A stretch of 64,000 nt of DNA from Bacillota bacterium (GTDB lineage: Bacteria > Bacillota > Clostridia > Acetivibrionales > JANLFN01). The DNA lies in assembly GCA_023397675.1 (NCBI GenBank), contig JAEWTV010000082.1, positions 14,984 to 78,983 of the forward strand, written 5' to 3'. The translations under genes and the position numbers were made by a program. Shown piece by piece: positions 47,858 through 57,552 of this stretch; the first letter of the stretch is position 1, and every line of letters starts with the position of its first letter. Under the pieces are notes generated by a model. The model saw only the letters and a program-made list of their open reading frames with translations. It did no database searches and was not told the origin of the DNA.

Positions 47858-49033
47858 ATGGGAAAAATTAAGAAATTTTTTATTTTACTTATAACATGTA
47901 TATATTTGATGTTCTTTACAACAGGTTGCTGGAACAGCCGGGAGCTAAATGCTATTGCAATTGTTTTAGGAACCGGAATTGACAAGTCACCTGAACAGGG
48001 TAAGATACAGATTACTGCACAAATAGTCAAACCTGAAAGCTTAAGGTCTTCAGGTAGTAATAAAGGCGGAGGGAGCTCAAACGACAAAAGTTTTTGGAAT
48101 GCATCCTATGACGGAGAAACAGTATTCAGTTCTATAAGAGGGTTGACTCATGTTTCGCCCCGAAAGCTATTCTGGCCGCATAACCAGGTTATTATTTTCG
48201 GAAAAAGCGTTGCCTTCTCAGGTATTAAAGAATACATTGACTTTTTTCTACGTGATCATGAACCCCGTATCAGCGCATACATCCTTGTTTCAGATACAAC
48301 TGCCAGAGATGTTTTTGAAGTAACACCAAAGCTTGAAAAAGTTACTTCCATGAATATCAACAGTCTTATGAAAAATCAATCATCAACATCTCAGACAGTT
48401 GTAACAAAATTTAAAGAATTTTTAACTGATTATATGAGCAAGACAAAAGTCTGTATTGCGCCAATTATACGTATAACAGGTGAAGGCGAAGGTAAAACAA
48501 TCAGTGTTTCAGGTCTGGCTATGTTTAAAGATTTAAAAATGACAGGTCAGCTCGATGAAAACGAAACCAGAGGAGTTTTATGGGCTACCGGTAAAGTAAA
48601 AAGCGGAATTATTACAGTTGATATTGCTGAAAATAACAAAAAAGTCAGCTTTGAAACTATTAAAGCAAGAAGTAAAATTACACCTGAAATAAAAGATAAC
48701 ACTATTATAATGAAAATCAATATTAACGCAGAAGGTAATATCGGAGAAAATACTGGTAATTTGGATATAACCAAGTTAGAGGTAATAAATGCTCTTGAAA
48801 AAGCAGTAACTAATACAATCAAAAATGAAATAATGTCAGCTGTAAAAAAGGCAAAAGAATTTGATACCGATGTTTTTGGTTTTGGTAATTTACTATATGA
48901 GAAATACCCGGAGCAATGGTTACACATTGGCAATGACTGGGATGTCATTTTTAAAAATGTCCAGACAGAAATATCTGTAAATACAAATATTATTCTTGAA
49001 GGAAAAATAAATAAACCGGCATCAATGCATTAA
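47858..49033 (+). CDS. spore germination lipoprotein, GerAC/GerXC-type
   Basis: Lipobox FTTGC followed by WNSRELN. The ATG at 47858 is better spaced from GGAGA than the one at 47852. Confidence 0.85.
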   Translation: MGKIKKFFILLITCIYLMFFTTGCWNSRELNAIAIVLGTGIDKSPEQGKIQITAQIVKPESLRSSGSNKGGGSSNDKSFWNASYDGETVFSSIRGLTHVSPRKLFWPHNQVIIFGKSVAFSGIKEYIDFFLRDHEPRISAYILVSDTTARDVFEVTPKLEKVTSMNINSLMKNQSSTSQTVVTKFKEFLTDYMSKTKVCIAPIIRITGEGEGKTISVSGLAMFKDLKMTGQLDENETRGVLWATGKVKSGIITVDIAENNKKVSFETIKARSKITPEIKDNTIIMKININAEGNIGENTGNLDITKLEVINALEKAVTNTIKNEIMSAVKKAKEFDTDVFGFGNLLYEKYPEQWLHIGNDWDVIFKNVQTEISVNTNIILEGKINKPASMH

Positions 49034-49048
49034 TGGGAGATTAGATTT

Positions 49049-50146
49049 ATGAAGTCGGAAAACTCGAAAATTTCAAGTACTCAGTTGACCTTTTTAATTT
49101 TTAGTTTTATACAATGCGGTATATTGCCTTTAGCTTACCCAAGCAGTATAACCAAGAATGATACATGGCTTGCTGTTATTATTTCTATATTTATAAGCAT
49201 ATTCTTTGTATTAATATATATTAAATTGTCATTAAGATTTCCTGAAAAGAGCCTTATTCAAATACATGATATAATTTATGGTCGGTATTTGGGAAAAGTT
49301 TTCTCCATTCTTTATCTAATATTTTTCATATCGGTAATTGCTGCAAACCTATGGTTTATCGGAAGTTTCTGGACAGATTATCTAATGCCTGAAACACCCA
49401 GGGCAGTTTTTATAATAATGTTTATTTTCATTTGTTCGTGGGCTGTCCATAAAGGCATAGAGGTTATTTCAAGATGCAGTTTTATTACTTCCTTTGTCAT
49501 CACTTTCATAACAGTTATAACAGCTGTTTTGTTGTTTAAAAACATGAAGTTCACTAATTTCTTACCTGTTCTTAGAACTCCGGTAATGAACTTTGTTCAG
49601 AGTATTCATATTCTTGTTGTGATTCCCTTTTGTGAGATGATTGTATTCCTTATGATATTTCCGATGACCAATAAAATAAAACAGATAAAAAAAGCAACCT
49701 TTACTGCAGTATTTCTTGGAGGATTATTTCTTCTGTTTATTATTTTACGCGATACTGCTGTAATAGGTAATTTGATGTCAATATCAACTTCCCCGAACTT
49801 TGTATCCATTCGTCAAATAAATATTGGAGATATTCTCACAAGATTGGATATATTGGTTGCAACTGGGTTAATGTTAGCGGTTTTCATAAAAATAAACGTT
49901 TTTTTATACGCAATCATTTCTGGAGTGAACCAACTGGTTAATTCTCGTTCCTATAAAATTTTTATAACTCCTATTTCAATACTTTGTATTATCTTAGGCT
50001 TAATAATTTTCAAATCAGATATGGAACAGGTTTATTACGGTACTAATATATGGCCATTTTACACAATACCATTTGAGTTAGTTTTTCCTATAGTAACTTT
50101 AATAATTGCAAAATTCAGAGGCTTACCGAAAAAAAACGGAGGTTAA
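49049..50146 (+). CDS. spore germination protein, GerAB/GerXB-type permease subunit
   Basis: About 10 TM helices, B-subunit-like N-terminus (ISSTQLTFLIFSFIQ). GGGAGA RBS. Confidence 0.85.
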   Translation: MKSENSKISSTQLTFLIFSFIQCGILPLAYPSSITKNDTWLAVIISIFISIFFVLIYIKLSLRFPEKSLIQIHDIIYGRYLGKVFSILYLIFFISVIAANLWFIGSFWTDYLMPETPRAVFIIMFIFICSWAVHKGIEVISRCSFITSFVITFITVITAVLLFKNMKFTNFLPVLRTPVMNFVQSIHILVVIPFCEMIVFLMIFPMTNKIKQIKKATFTAVFLGGLFLLFIILRDTAVIGNLMSISTSPNFVSIRQINIGDILTRLDILVATGLMLAVFIKINVFLYAIISGVNQLVNSRSYKIFITPISILCIILGLIIFKSDMEQVYYGTNIWPFYTIPFELVFPIVTLIIAKFRGLPKKNGG

Positions 50147-50152
50147 TAGTAA

Positions 50153-50371
50153 ATGTTGTTTGCCGTAGTTTTTGTATTTATCCTTATTTCAGTAATTGAT
50201 ATAAAAATTTATCTAAAAAAGAAATATTATAAAGAGATTATTCTGTATTCAATATTAATTTTAGGTGGATTTATTTTAAGTATACTTCTGGTACTAGGTG
50301 TTAGGATTCCAAGTCCTAGCATTGCAATTAAATATATTGTAAAGGATATGCTTCATTTAAATTATAAATAG
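50153..50371 (+). CDS. small 2-TM protein, germinant-receptor D-subunit-like
   Basis: 72 aa with a GGAGG RBS. Paralogue of 10373-10582 and 16251-16490. Confidence 0.6.
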   Translation: MLFAVVFVFILISVIDIKIYLKKKYYKEIILYSILILGGFILSILLVLGVRIPSPSIAIKYIVKDMLHLNYK

Positions 50372-50374
50372 TAT

Positions 50375-51178
50375 TTATTTATCTAAATTTATCATATATC
50401 GGTTGAATCCGCCTTCGCTTGCGATTATCTGACCTGTTATCCAGCGTGCATCGTCACTATGCAGGAAGCATACAAGTCTTGCTGCGTCCTCAGGTGTTCC
50501 CCATCTCCCTGAAGGAAACATTTGTGCCACCTTTTTATAATCTTCACCATCAAGATAACCTGTATCTGTAGGTCCAGGATTTATGCAATTAACACGGATA
50601 TTTTTAGTTGCCAGAGCTACGGAAGCTTGTTTACACAGACCAATTACTGCATCTTTAGATACGGCATAAGTTATTTCATCTATCATTGGGCCAAGATACT
50701 GGCCGCTTGTAAAAAGAGTAACTGCTCCCCTATTACTGTTGACCTGATTTGCAAATTCCTGAAGCAGAAGCATTGAAGCCCTGACATTTATATTAAGATG
50801 CAAATCAATGTGCTCTGCAGTCCAATTCCCCATGGATACATTCTCAGAATATGCATGATTAAGTATAAGCCCATTCAGGCTGCCCAGTTTATTTACAGCT
50901 TCAGATATGATTTTTCCGGGTTGGTTTACATCCGATAAATCCGATGGTCTAAGGGGAATTATATTAAGTTTGTTTTCAGACAATTCTTTTGCAAGATTCT
51001 CAATGAAATCATATGATGCGTCAGAATATTTCATTTGCATGTCGTAATCAGGGAAACCGTGTATTGCAACAGCTGCACCGGCTTGAGCGCATAGCTTTGC
51101 AATGGCTGCACCTATTCCGTTGGGGCGGCTGACGCCGGTAATCAGGATTTTATGGTCTTTAAGTGATAGATTCTTCAT
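50375..51178 (-). CDS. SDR family oxidoreductase
   Basis: Cofactor motif TGVSRPNGIGAA and catalytic YAVSKDA (YxxxK). Confidence 0.85.
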   Translation of the reverse strand: MKNLSLKDHKILITGVSRPNGIGAAIAKLCAQAGAAVAIHGFPDYDMQMKYSDASYDFIENLAKELSENKLNIIPLRPSDLSDVNQPGKIISEAVNKLGSLNGLILNHAYSENVSMGNWTAEHIDLHLNINVRASMLLLQEFANQVNSNRGAVTLFTSGQYLGPMIDEITYAVSKDAVIGLCKQASVALATKNIRVNCINPGPTDTGYLDGEDYKKVAQMFPSGRWGTPEDAARLVCFLHSDDARWITGQIIASEGGFNRYMINLDK

Positions 51179-51387
51179 AAGTACCTCTATGATATTTGTT
51201 TTGGATTATAATACCATAGCATAAGCGATAAACTCAAGATATAGGAACATAATAAGCAAAATAGGAAACTCCCGTGCTAAATAATACACCGGAAGTTGGT
51301 AATTTTAGCATATAAAGATGATATAGTACTGTGGGTTAAAACCCACGGCGCGAATTAAATACATATTAATTATGGGGTAAAACCTTT

Positions 51388-51648
51388 TCAATCCTTTATT
51401 TGCCGCTTTTCAGCGACGTGAAGCGGCGCAAAAGTCGCCGCTCGCCGCGGAGGCTGCCCTTGTGAAAGCCTACTGCGGCATCTATAAGCTGCTTAATCGT
51501 TCTCAAGCCGGCACGATGCAACTTCGCTATCCTGCTCAGATGCTACTTGAATGGCCATCCGGGCCATTCACCGGCATTCGACCTTCACTCACAGCAACAT
51601 CTGCCAGCTCAGCTTTCAATGGGCATGGGATGCGGGTATGACTCTGTA
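51388..51648. repeat. G+C-rich structured repeat element, 5' half of the split copy
   Basis: About 90% identical by eye to 24587-24790 (roughly 19 differences in about 205 nt). Starts with the same TCAAT...TTTGCCGCTTTT as the contiguous copy. Confidence 0.85.
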
Positions 51649-51649
51649 G

Positions 51650-51689
51650 GTAAAAGAATAGTCCCTGTAAGGAACTAGATTTTGACAGC
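51650..51689 (-). repeat. hairpin module, copy 2 (acts as a minus-strand terminator for the cargo operon)
   Basis: Stem AGTCCCT-GTA-AGGAACT, followed on the minus strand by ATTCTTTTAC. It lies about 25 nt downstream of the stop of ORF 51714-52100. Confidence 0.75.
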
Positions 51690-51713
51690 ATTGAGTAAAA
51701 TCCACGCGTTATT

Positions 51714-52100
51714 TTATGCCCAAATCAATACAGCTACACTGCAAACAAATTCAAATATAGATATTGGAGTCATGACAAGTCTTTCTTTTTTACTTTTTGT
51801 TATAAATCCATTTCCTACAATCGCATATGCAAGAAATACAGTATTAATTATAATAAAAATATTTATGAAAGTTGAACTTAAACCTAAACTTACTATACCT
51901 CCTTTTTGGAGATAAGAAATAATAAAAAAAACATACACAAATGCAAATGTTATGCTTACTAAACGCATTTTTTTAGGCAAAACTTTATGTTGTCCTCCCA
52001 ATGCATATTCACCGATTGGTGCCCCTAATGATAAAGATAACTGCAGCAAAAGCATTATAAAGGTTACAATTGCGCATATAAGTGAAGCAATATAGCCCAT
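51714..52100 (-). CDS. 128-aa integral membrane protein (4 TM), function unknown
   Basis: Four hydrophobic helices. It is the last gene of a minus-strand lipoprotein-MerR-membrane protein unit. Confidence 0.6.
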   Translation of the reverse strand: MGYIASLICAIVTFIMLLLQLSLSLGAPIGEYALGGQHKVLPKKMRLVSITFAFVYVFFIISYLQKGGIVSLGLSSTFINIFIIINTVFLAYAIVGNGFITKSKKERLVMTPISIFEFVCSVAVLIWA

Positions 52101-52182
52101 TTTGAAATCCTCCTTGTACTAACTTTATTTTGTATCCAACGTCATTATAAAGGATGGAGTATAGTACAAGGTCAAGAATTTT

Positions 52183-52587
52183 CTACTCTTCTTTGAAGCT
52201 ATTTAAAAATGCCCTCATGTGTGGGCACTGATTTGGGCATTCTTCATTGTTCTTGAAGCTGTTAAGCATTGCTTTCATTTCAATCAATGAGGCAATTCTG
52301 GAATCTATCTCACTTATTTTTTCGTCAACAGTAGTTATTAAATCATCCATCCTAATGTTCCTGCTTTCGGTGATAGCGAACATTTCTTTTATTTGATTTA
52401 GCGTAAAGCCTGATGCTTTAGCGTTTTTGATGAATTCAAGCCTGTAAAGCACAGACTCCGGATAAAGCCTGTAACCAGAATCAGACCTTTTAGGTGATGG
52501 TATTAAGTTTGATTTTTCATAAAATCTCAAGGTTTCGGGATTTATTTGCGCCATTTCGGCTATTTGTCCCTTTAAATATTCTGCCAT
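52183..52587 (-). CDS. MerR family transcriptional regulator
   Basis: HTH segment IAEMAQINPETLRFYEKSNLIPSPKRSDSGYRLY, a coiled-coil, and C-terminal CPNQCPH. The start was placed at the ATG at 52587 because the longer ORF overlaps the upstream gene. Confidence 0.85.
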   Translation of the reverse strand: MAEYLKGQIAEMAQINPETLRFYEKSNLIPSPKRSDSGYRLYPESVLYRLEFIKNAKASGFTLNQIKEMFAITESRNIRMDDLITTVDEKISEIDSRIASLIEMKAMLNSFKNNEECPNQCPHMRAFLNSFKEE

Positions 52588-52603
52588 TATATCACTTCCG
52601 TTT

Positions 52604-53143
52604 TTATTTAGTTGAGTATCCGAACACCATGTCAAAGCCCATGTTTTTACCTTCAGAGTTTTTGATATTCCTTGATAGATATATTGTTATTCCATTCTCT
52701 GTTCCTACGTTGTTTCCGGGAATTTTAAAATTAATAAAAAGAGTCCTGGTTTCTTTATCATATTCAAAATTGTAAAGGTCGGTAATTGTCCTGCTGTGCT
52801 TTCCTTCAACTATGATAGTGTTCTTATCATTAAGTGTCTGTGGGTCCATATCATATTTGAAGGTTATAGAAATATTGCTGCCAGGGTCTACATCCCTTTC
52901 ATCATGCCTGGGTGCTGTCGATTCTATCCAACTTTGAGGATCATCGGGAAGTTTTGCGTTTTTATAGTCGATATCAGGAACAGTTTGTTCTTGTGCCTGA
53001 GTTGTGATCTGGGTTGAATTAATAGAAGCAGCAGGAATTGTTGAATCCTGAGTCACTGTACTGGTGCTGCTAATGCCGCTGCAGGATGAAAGGATTAGGG
53101 ATAGCGTAATTATCATGGTAAGGGATAAAAGTTTGTATTTCAT
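52604..53143 (-). CDS. lipoprotein with Ig-like (SbsA/Big_5-type, tentative) domain
   Basis: Lipobox LSSC, a Thr/Ser/Gln-rich linker, and a beta-rich C-terminal domain (SNISITFKYDMDPQTLN). Confidence 0.6.
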   Translation of the reverse strand: MKYKLLSLTMIITLSLILSSCSGISSTSTVTQDSTIPAASINSTQITTQAQEQTVPDIDYKNAKLPDDPQSWIESTAPRHDERDVDPGSNISITFKYDMDPQTLNDKNTIIVEGKHSRTITDLYNFEYDKETRTLFINFKIPGNNVGTENGITIYLSRNIKNSEGKNMGFDMVFGYSTK

Positions 53144-53327
53144 TTGTTGCCTCTCAAAAGGATAATTTTAGAATTATTATAACATATAAATATCATGTTT
53201 ATTGACCCAAATATTGACTTTGATATATAGAATTTTCGGGTGGTGATATGACTATTGTTATGATATATTTAATATACTTTTTTATTGGAATTTCTACCAA
53301 AATAAATTTTACTCAAGGTGATGACAA

Positions 53328-53837
53328 ATGAGAATAATTGAGACTGAAAAGTTATGCCTAAGGGAACTTAGAATTAATGATAAAAAAGATTTAATGAAAG
53401 TTCTTTCAAATCCTGAATCTATGGAGTTTTACCCACATCCCTTCAGTGAAGATGAAGTTGAAAGGTGGATTCAATGGAATTTGGAAAATTACAAAAAATA
53501 TAAACATGGACTGTGGGCCGTAATATTAAAAGAAGGTGACGTATTTATAGGAGATTGCGGTATAACGATGCAGGACATTGATAATGAAATTATGCCGGAG
53601 ATAGGTTTTCATATTATTAAGGAATATTGTAATAAAGGATATGCAACAGAAGCTGCTCTCGCATGCAAGGAATATGCATTTAATGTATTACATTATCCTC
53701 GGATATTTTCATATACAAGAGTTTTAAACTTACCTTCGCAAAAAGTTGCTAAGAAGATTGGTTTGCAGCCATATAAATATTTTGAGAAAAACGGTGTAGA
53801 ACAAATTGCGCAATATGCAATCAATGACACAATTTAA
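53328..53837 (+). CDS. GNAT family N-acetyltransferase (RimJ/RimL-like)
   Basis: 169 aa with GFHIIKEYCNKGYATEA, an acetyl-CoA pocket-type motif. AGGTGA RBS. Confidence 0.8.
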   Translation: MRIIETEKLCLRELRINDKKDLMKVLSNPESMEFYPHPFSEDEVERWIQWNLENYKKYKHGLWAVILKEGDVFIGDCGITMQDIDNEIMPEIGFHIIKEYCNKGYATEAALACKEYAFNVLHYPRIFSYTRVLNLPSQKVAKKIGLQPYKYFEKNGVEQIAQYAINDTI

Positions 53838-53852
53838 TTTACTTCTTTCCTA

Positions 53853-54209
53853 GGGCGAAACCTGTCAGCTCAGCTTTAAATCGGCAAGGAATTAGGGTAA
53901 ATTCTTCGAAGTAGCTTTCGTGAGAACTTTGTTTACAAAGTTCGGTATAGCCTCCCGTTACTCTAGCCTTGAAGGCGCTTGGTGGAGTGACTAGAAATTC
54001 CTGCCTGCATTTATTAGAGTCTGGCGAATTCGTCATGGATGACGGATTCAGGTGGGTATGACAGGATGTCATTAGAACCGGCCAGTCAATAGTAAGTATG
54101 CAAGCTTGGAAGTTCTGTCACGGAATCCGTTGCGCCCATTTTTTAGAGCCACCATGGCGCTTGAATGGTGACTTTTGCAAGCTTTTGGTCATTCAAAAGC
54201 TGAATATTA
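53853..54209. repeat. G+C-rich structured repeat element, 3' half of the split copy
   Basis: Collinear with 24741-25104 (about 80% identity by eye). Shares GAACTTTGTTTACAAAGTTC, CGGATTCAGGTGGGTATG and GGAAGTTCTGTCACGGAATCCGTTGCGCCC exactly. Confidence 0.85.
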
Positions 54210-54254
54210 TCGTAGTTTTATGTTTTTTAATAAGAAAAAGGAAAAGATTAAAAT

Positions 54255-54280
54255 CAAAAAAGCCCTCCGCTAGGAGGGCT
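54255..54280 (-). terminator. intrinsic terminator after ORF 54346-54852 (end of the glyA unit)
   Basis: Stem AGCCCTCC-GCTA-GGAGGGCT followed on the minus strand by TTTTTT. Confidence 0.8.
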
Positions 54281-54345
54281 CATGATTTAGTTAAGCGGAT
54301 AATCCTTATTTGACAGAATACTCTCTGTTATTGAAGACAAATCCG

Positions 54346-54852
54346 TCATTGGTAATCACTGTTGGTTAAATCCCCTATATAATGATTCCATATTCTTAAT
54401 TGTTCTTCCAGTTCTGAGACAATAGCATAGGTCTCTTGAGGAGTCTCTGTAAAATCCTTCATGGTTAATCCTATTTCATCTTTTAACTCAAGAATATAAT
54501 GCGCATAAAATTTTTCATTATCGAATTCTGGATTTTTGTAAAGATTATTGTTGAAATTCGCTATTTGTCTGTTTGTCTTTTCTGTTTTCGACAGTGACAT
54601 TTGCGGAATCAATGTATTATAATCCTTTTTCTGAAATGTTATTGTCTTCCATAAATAATCTGCATAAGAAGATTTTTTATTGGAATCATTTTTTATTTCA
54701 AATCCGAAAAATTTAGCTAAATGTTTTATTTCAATATTTGCAATTCTTATATCATTTTTATACGATTTATACAGTTTATTGTTAATGATAATACCCGTGA
54801 AAACTAATACTACGATAATGCTTATAGTAATAATTAATTTTTTCTTCTTCAA
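54346..54852 (-). CDS. N-terminally membrane-anchored hypothetical protein
   Basis: Starts MKKKKLIITISIIVVLVFTGIII (TM anchor). No recognisable domain. Lies 26 nt downstream of glyA. Confidence 0.55.
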   Translation of the reverse strand: MKKKKLIITISIIVVLVFTGIIINNKLYKSYKNDIRIANIEIKHLAKFFGFEIKNDSNKKSSYADYLWKTITFQKKDYNTLIPQMSLSKTEKTNRQIANFNNNLYKNPEFDNEKFYAHYILELKDEIGLTMKDFTETPQETYAIVSELEEQLRIWNHYIGDLTNSDYQ

Positions 54853-54877
54853 TTAATCACCTAAATTCACCTTAATT

Positions 54878-56116
54878 TTACCTGTATAGCGGGTACTTGT
54901 CGCACAAAGCTGTTATCCTTTTCTGCACTGATTCTTTAGAATTCTCAAAGTCAGTGAGTGCAAGGCTTATGCAGTCTGCAATCTCTTCAAAATCTGATTC
55001 AATCATTCCCCTTGAAGTCACAGCTGGAGTTCCAAGTCTTAAACCGCTAGTAACCGTTGGCTTCTGAGGATCAAATGGAATACAGTTGTAGTTTACTGTG
55101 ATTCCTACCGCATCAAGAAGCTTTTCTGCTTCTTTACCTGTAAGATTCTTGCTTCTTAAATCTATAAGCATAAGGTGATTGTCGGTTCCGCCTGAAACGA
55201 GGTTAAAGCCGTGTTCGGTAAGTGATGTTGCAAGAGCTTTTGCATTTTTTACAATCTGAGTTTGGTAAGCTTTGAATTCGTCAGTCAAAGCTTCCTTAAA
55301 GCATACAGCTTTTGCAGCTATTACGTGCATCAAAGGTCCTCCCTGTATTCCAGGGAAAACAGCCTTGTCTATCTGCTTTGCAAATTCAGCCTTACAAAGT
55401 ATCATACCGCCTCTTGGACCTCTGAGAGTCTTGTGAGTGGTAGTTGTAACAAAGTGTGCATGAGGTACCGGACTTGGATGAAGGCCAGCTGCTACAAGAC
55501 CTGCAATATGTGCCATATCAACCATGAGGTAAGCTCCTACCTCGTCTGCAATTTCTCTGAAGGCTTTAAAATCAATTATTCTTGAATAAGCACTGGCGCC
55601 AGCAACGATGATTTTAGGCTTATGCTCAATTGCTTTTTTCCTTAATTCATCATAATCAATCCTGCCGTCAGTTTCCTTAACACCGTAAGGAACTACATTA
55701 TAGTATTTTCCAGACATATTAACAGGACTTCCGTGTGAAAGATGTCCTCCGTGAGCGAGATTCATTCCTAGAATGGTATCGCCAGGTTGAAGTACTGAAA
55801 AATAAACCGCCATGTTAGCCTGTGCACCTGAATGAGGCTGAACATTTGCGTGTTCTGCACCAAAAAGCTCTTTAGCCCTTTCAATTGCAAGTGTTTCTAC
55901 TATATCAACAAACTGGCACCCGCCGTAATACCTTTTTCCCGGATACCCTTCGGCATATTTGTTTGTCAATGGTGTACCCATTGCTTCAATAACTGCGTTG
56001 CTTACAAAATTTTCTGAAGCTATAAGTTCAATTTTATTTCTTTGACGATTAACTTCCATTTCAATTGCTTCAGCTACTTCTTTGTCTACTTTTTTGATCT
56101 CATTAGTACTGTACAT
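54878..56116 (-). CDS. glyA: serine hydroxymethyltransferase
   Basis: PLP-lysine motif [14 protein letters not shown], 412 aa. AGGAGG RBS. Confidence 0.97.
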   Translation of the reverse strand: MYSTNEIKKVDKEVAEAIEMEVNRQRNKIELIASENFVSNAVIEAMGTPLTNKYAEGYPGKRYYGGCQFVDIVETLAIERAKELFGAEHANVQPHSGAQANMAVYFSVLQPGDTILGMNLAHGGHLSHGSPVNMSGKYYNVVPYGVKETDGRIDYDELRKKAIEHKPKIIVAGASAYSRIIDFKAFREIADEVGAYLMVDMAHIAGLVAAGLHPSPVPHAHFVTTTTHKTLRGPRGGMILCKAEFAKQIDKAVFPGIQGGPLMHVIAAKAVCFKEALTDEFKAYQTQIVKNAKALATSLTEHGFNLVSGGTDNHLMLIDLRSKNLTGKEAEKLLDAVGITVNYNCIPFDPQKPTVTSGLRLGTPAVTSRGMIESDFEEIADCISLALTDFENSKESVQKRITALCDKYPLYR

Positions 56117-56210
56117 GAAATATCCTCCTAATTAAACTATTTATATTTATATATTATTCAGATTAAACTAAAACCGGAATTGACTCTCTGTTTTACACTC
56201 TATTCCCTGT

Positions 56211-56249
56211 AAATAATAAAAGGGTAGAATTATCAATAAAATTCACCCC
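56211..56249 (-). terminator. candidate terminator hairpin of the riboswitch expression platform
   Basis: On the minus strand: GGGTGAATT-loop-AATTCTACCC (one bulge) followed by TTTTATTATTT. Confidence 0.35.
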
Positions 56250-56282
56250 TGAATAAACATGAAATATGCTTAAGAAAATATA

Positions 56283-56455
56283 CTCTGTCCTTTTGCCTGA
56301 GAGATTACAGCTAAAAAGCCTTGCCCCTTCGGCGCCTTGACGGTCTCTCCAGAGATGCGTCCATTCATGGTCTACTGTAACGTTTAATGCTTGTTACTTT
56401 ACCTGAGAGTATAACTCCTTCGGTGTACCTTTTAGGCATCTCTCCCATGAATATC
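56283..56455 (-). promoter_or_regulatory. tandem glycine riboswitch (two aptamers)
   Basis: Minus strand reads GGGAGAG...CACCGAAGGAG...CUCUCAGGUAAA, then CUCUGGAGAG...CGCCGAAGGGGCAA...CUCUCAGGCAAAAGGACAGAG. This closely matches the conserved glycine aptamer cores. Confidence 0.85.
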
Positions 56456-56483
56456 ATTCGCCAGTTATTAAGTTTCCATAAAA

Positions 56484-56512
56484 ATTATAATGTTATTTGA
56501 AAACTATGTCAA
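56484..56512 (-). promoter_or_regulatory. consensus sigma-A promoter driving the riboswitch and glyA
   Basis: Minus strand: TTGACA, 17 nt, TATAAT. Confidence 0.7.
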
Positions 56513-56545
56513 TAAATTGCACATAAATTATATTTTACTAAATAT

Positions 56546-57529
56546 CTATTTTACTGCCTTGTATAATTCATCTGTTTCGGGCGGCATTATAGATACCATT
56601 TTGCCGTCAATCAGAATGTATTTGTTCTTATTTTGAGTTGTTTTGCCTATTATTGCCGCCCTTATTCCGGCTGCTTCCAACTCTTTTACAAGACCTTCGC
56701 CATTTTTACACGTAATAATCATACAGCCGCTTGATATGAGCTTTAAAGGGTCAATTTCATAAATTCCTGCTATAGCCTTTGTTTCATCAGCGACAGGTAT
56801 TTGGTCAGCATAAACCACTGCACCGGTACCGGATGCTTCTGTAAGTTCCCAAACAGCACCCAGAACTCCCCCTTCGGTTACATCGTGCATTGCAGTTGCA
56901 CCGAATTGACCGGCAATCATACCTTCCTTAACTACACTTATGTCATTGATAAATGTTTTTGCTTTTTCGACAATGTTTTTATCAAGCTGCTTTAATAATC
57001 CAATTTCATTGTCTTTGGCAATAATTGATGTACCTTCTATTCCAGCAGTTTTAGTAATTATTATTGCTTCATCCGGCCCGGCACCTGAAGTTGTAACCAT
57101 TTTACCTTCAGGGCAGCGACCTACAGCAGTGCTTGAAATGACAAATCTATTAACAGCATTTGTTACTTCGGTATGTCCGCCTATAATTTCAACATTAAGT
57201 GAGGCTGCTGTTTCACATACATCCTTCATAATGCTTTCAAGATCATTTTCCGTTGCATCTTTCGGAGCAAGTACGGTAAGCATAATTCCAACAGGTTCTG
57301 CCCCACAGGATGCAATATCATTGCAGGATATATGTACAGAAAGCTTTCCTATGTCATTAATAGCACCCGTTATAGGATCGGTGGAAATAACACACAAATT
57401 GTCTCCGAAATTGACAGCGCTGCAGTCTTCTCCTATTTTAGGCCTTAGTATTATATCTTTTCTTACACTTTTAATTTTATCAAGTATTATTCGTTGCAGA
57501 GTCTCGTTTGGGACTTTTCCTATTTTCAT
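56546..57529 (-). CDS. AIR synthase-related protein (PurM/ThiL/HypE superfamily)
   Basis: N-terminal GEDCSAV...VISTDPITG and a C-terminal domain with MHDVTEGG. Subfamily not resolved. Confidence 0.75.
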   Translation of the reverse strand: MKIGKVPNETLQRIILDKIKSVRKDIILRPKIGEDCSAVNFGDNLCVISTDPITGAINDIGKLSVHISCNDIASCGAEPVGIMLTVLAPKDATENDLESIMKDVCETAASLNVEIIGGHTEVTNAVNRFVISSTAVGRCPEGKMVTTSGAGPDEAIIITKTAGIEGTSIIAKDNEIGLLKQLDKNIVEKAKTFINDISVVKEGMIAGQFGATAMHDVTEGGVLGAVWELTEASGTGAVVYADQIPVADETKAIAGIYEIDPLKLISSGCMIITCKNGEGLVKELEAAGIRAAIIGKTTQNKNKYILIDGKMVSIMPPETDELYKAVK

Positions 57530-57552
57530 TTATATAAAAATACCTCCAGGCA

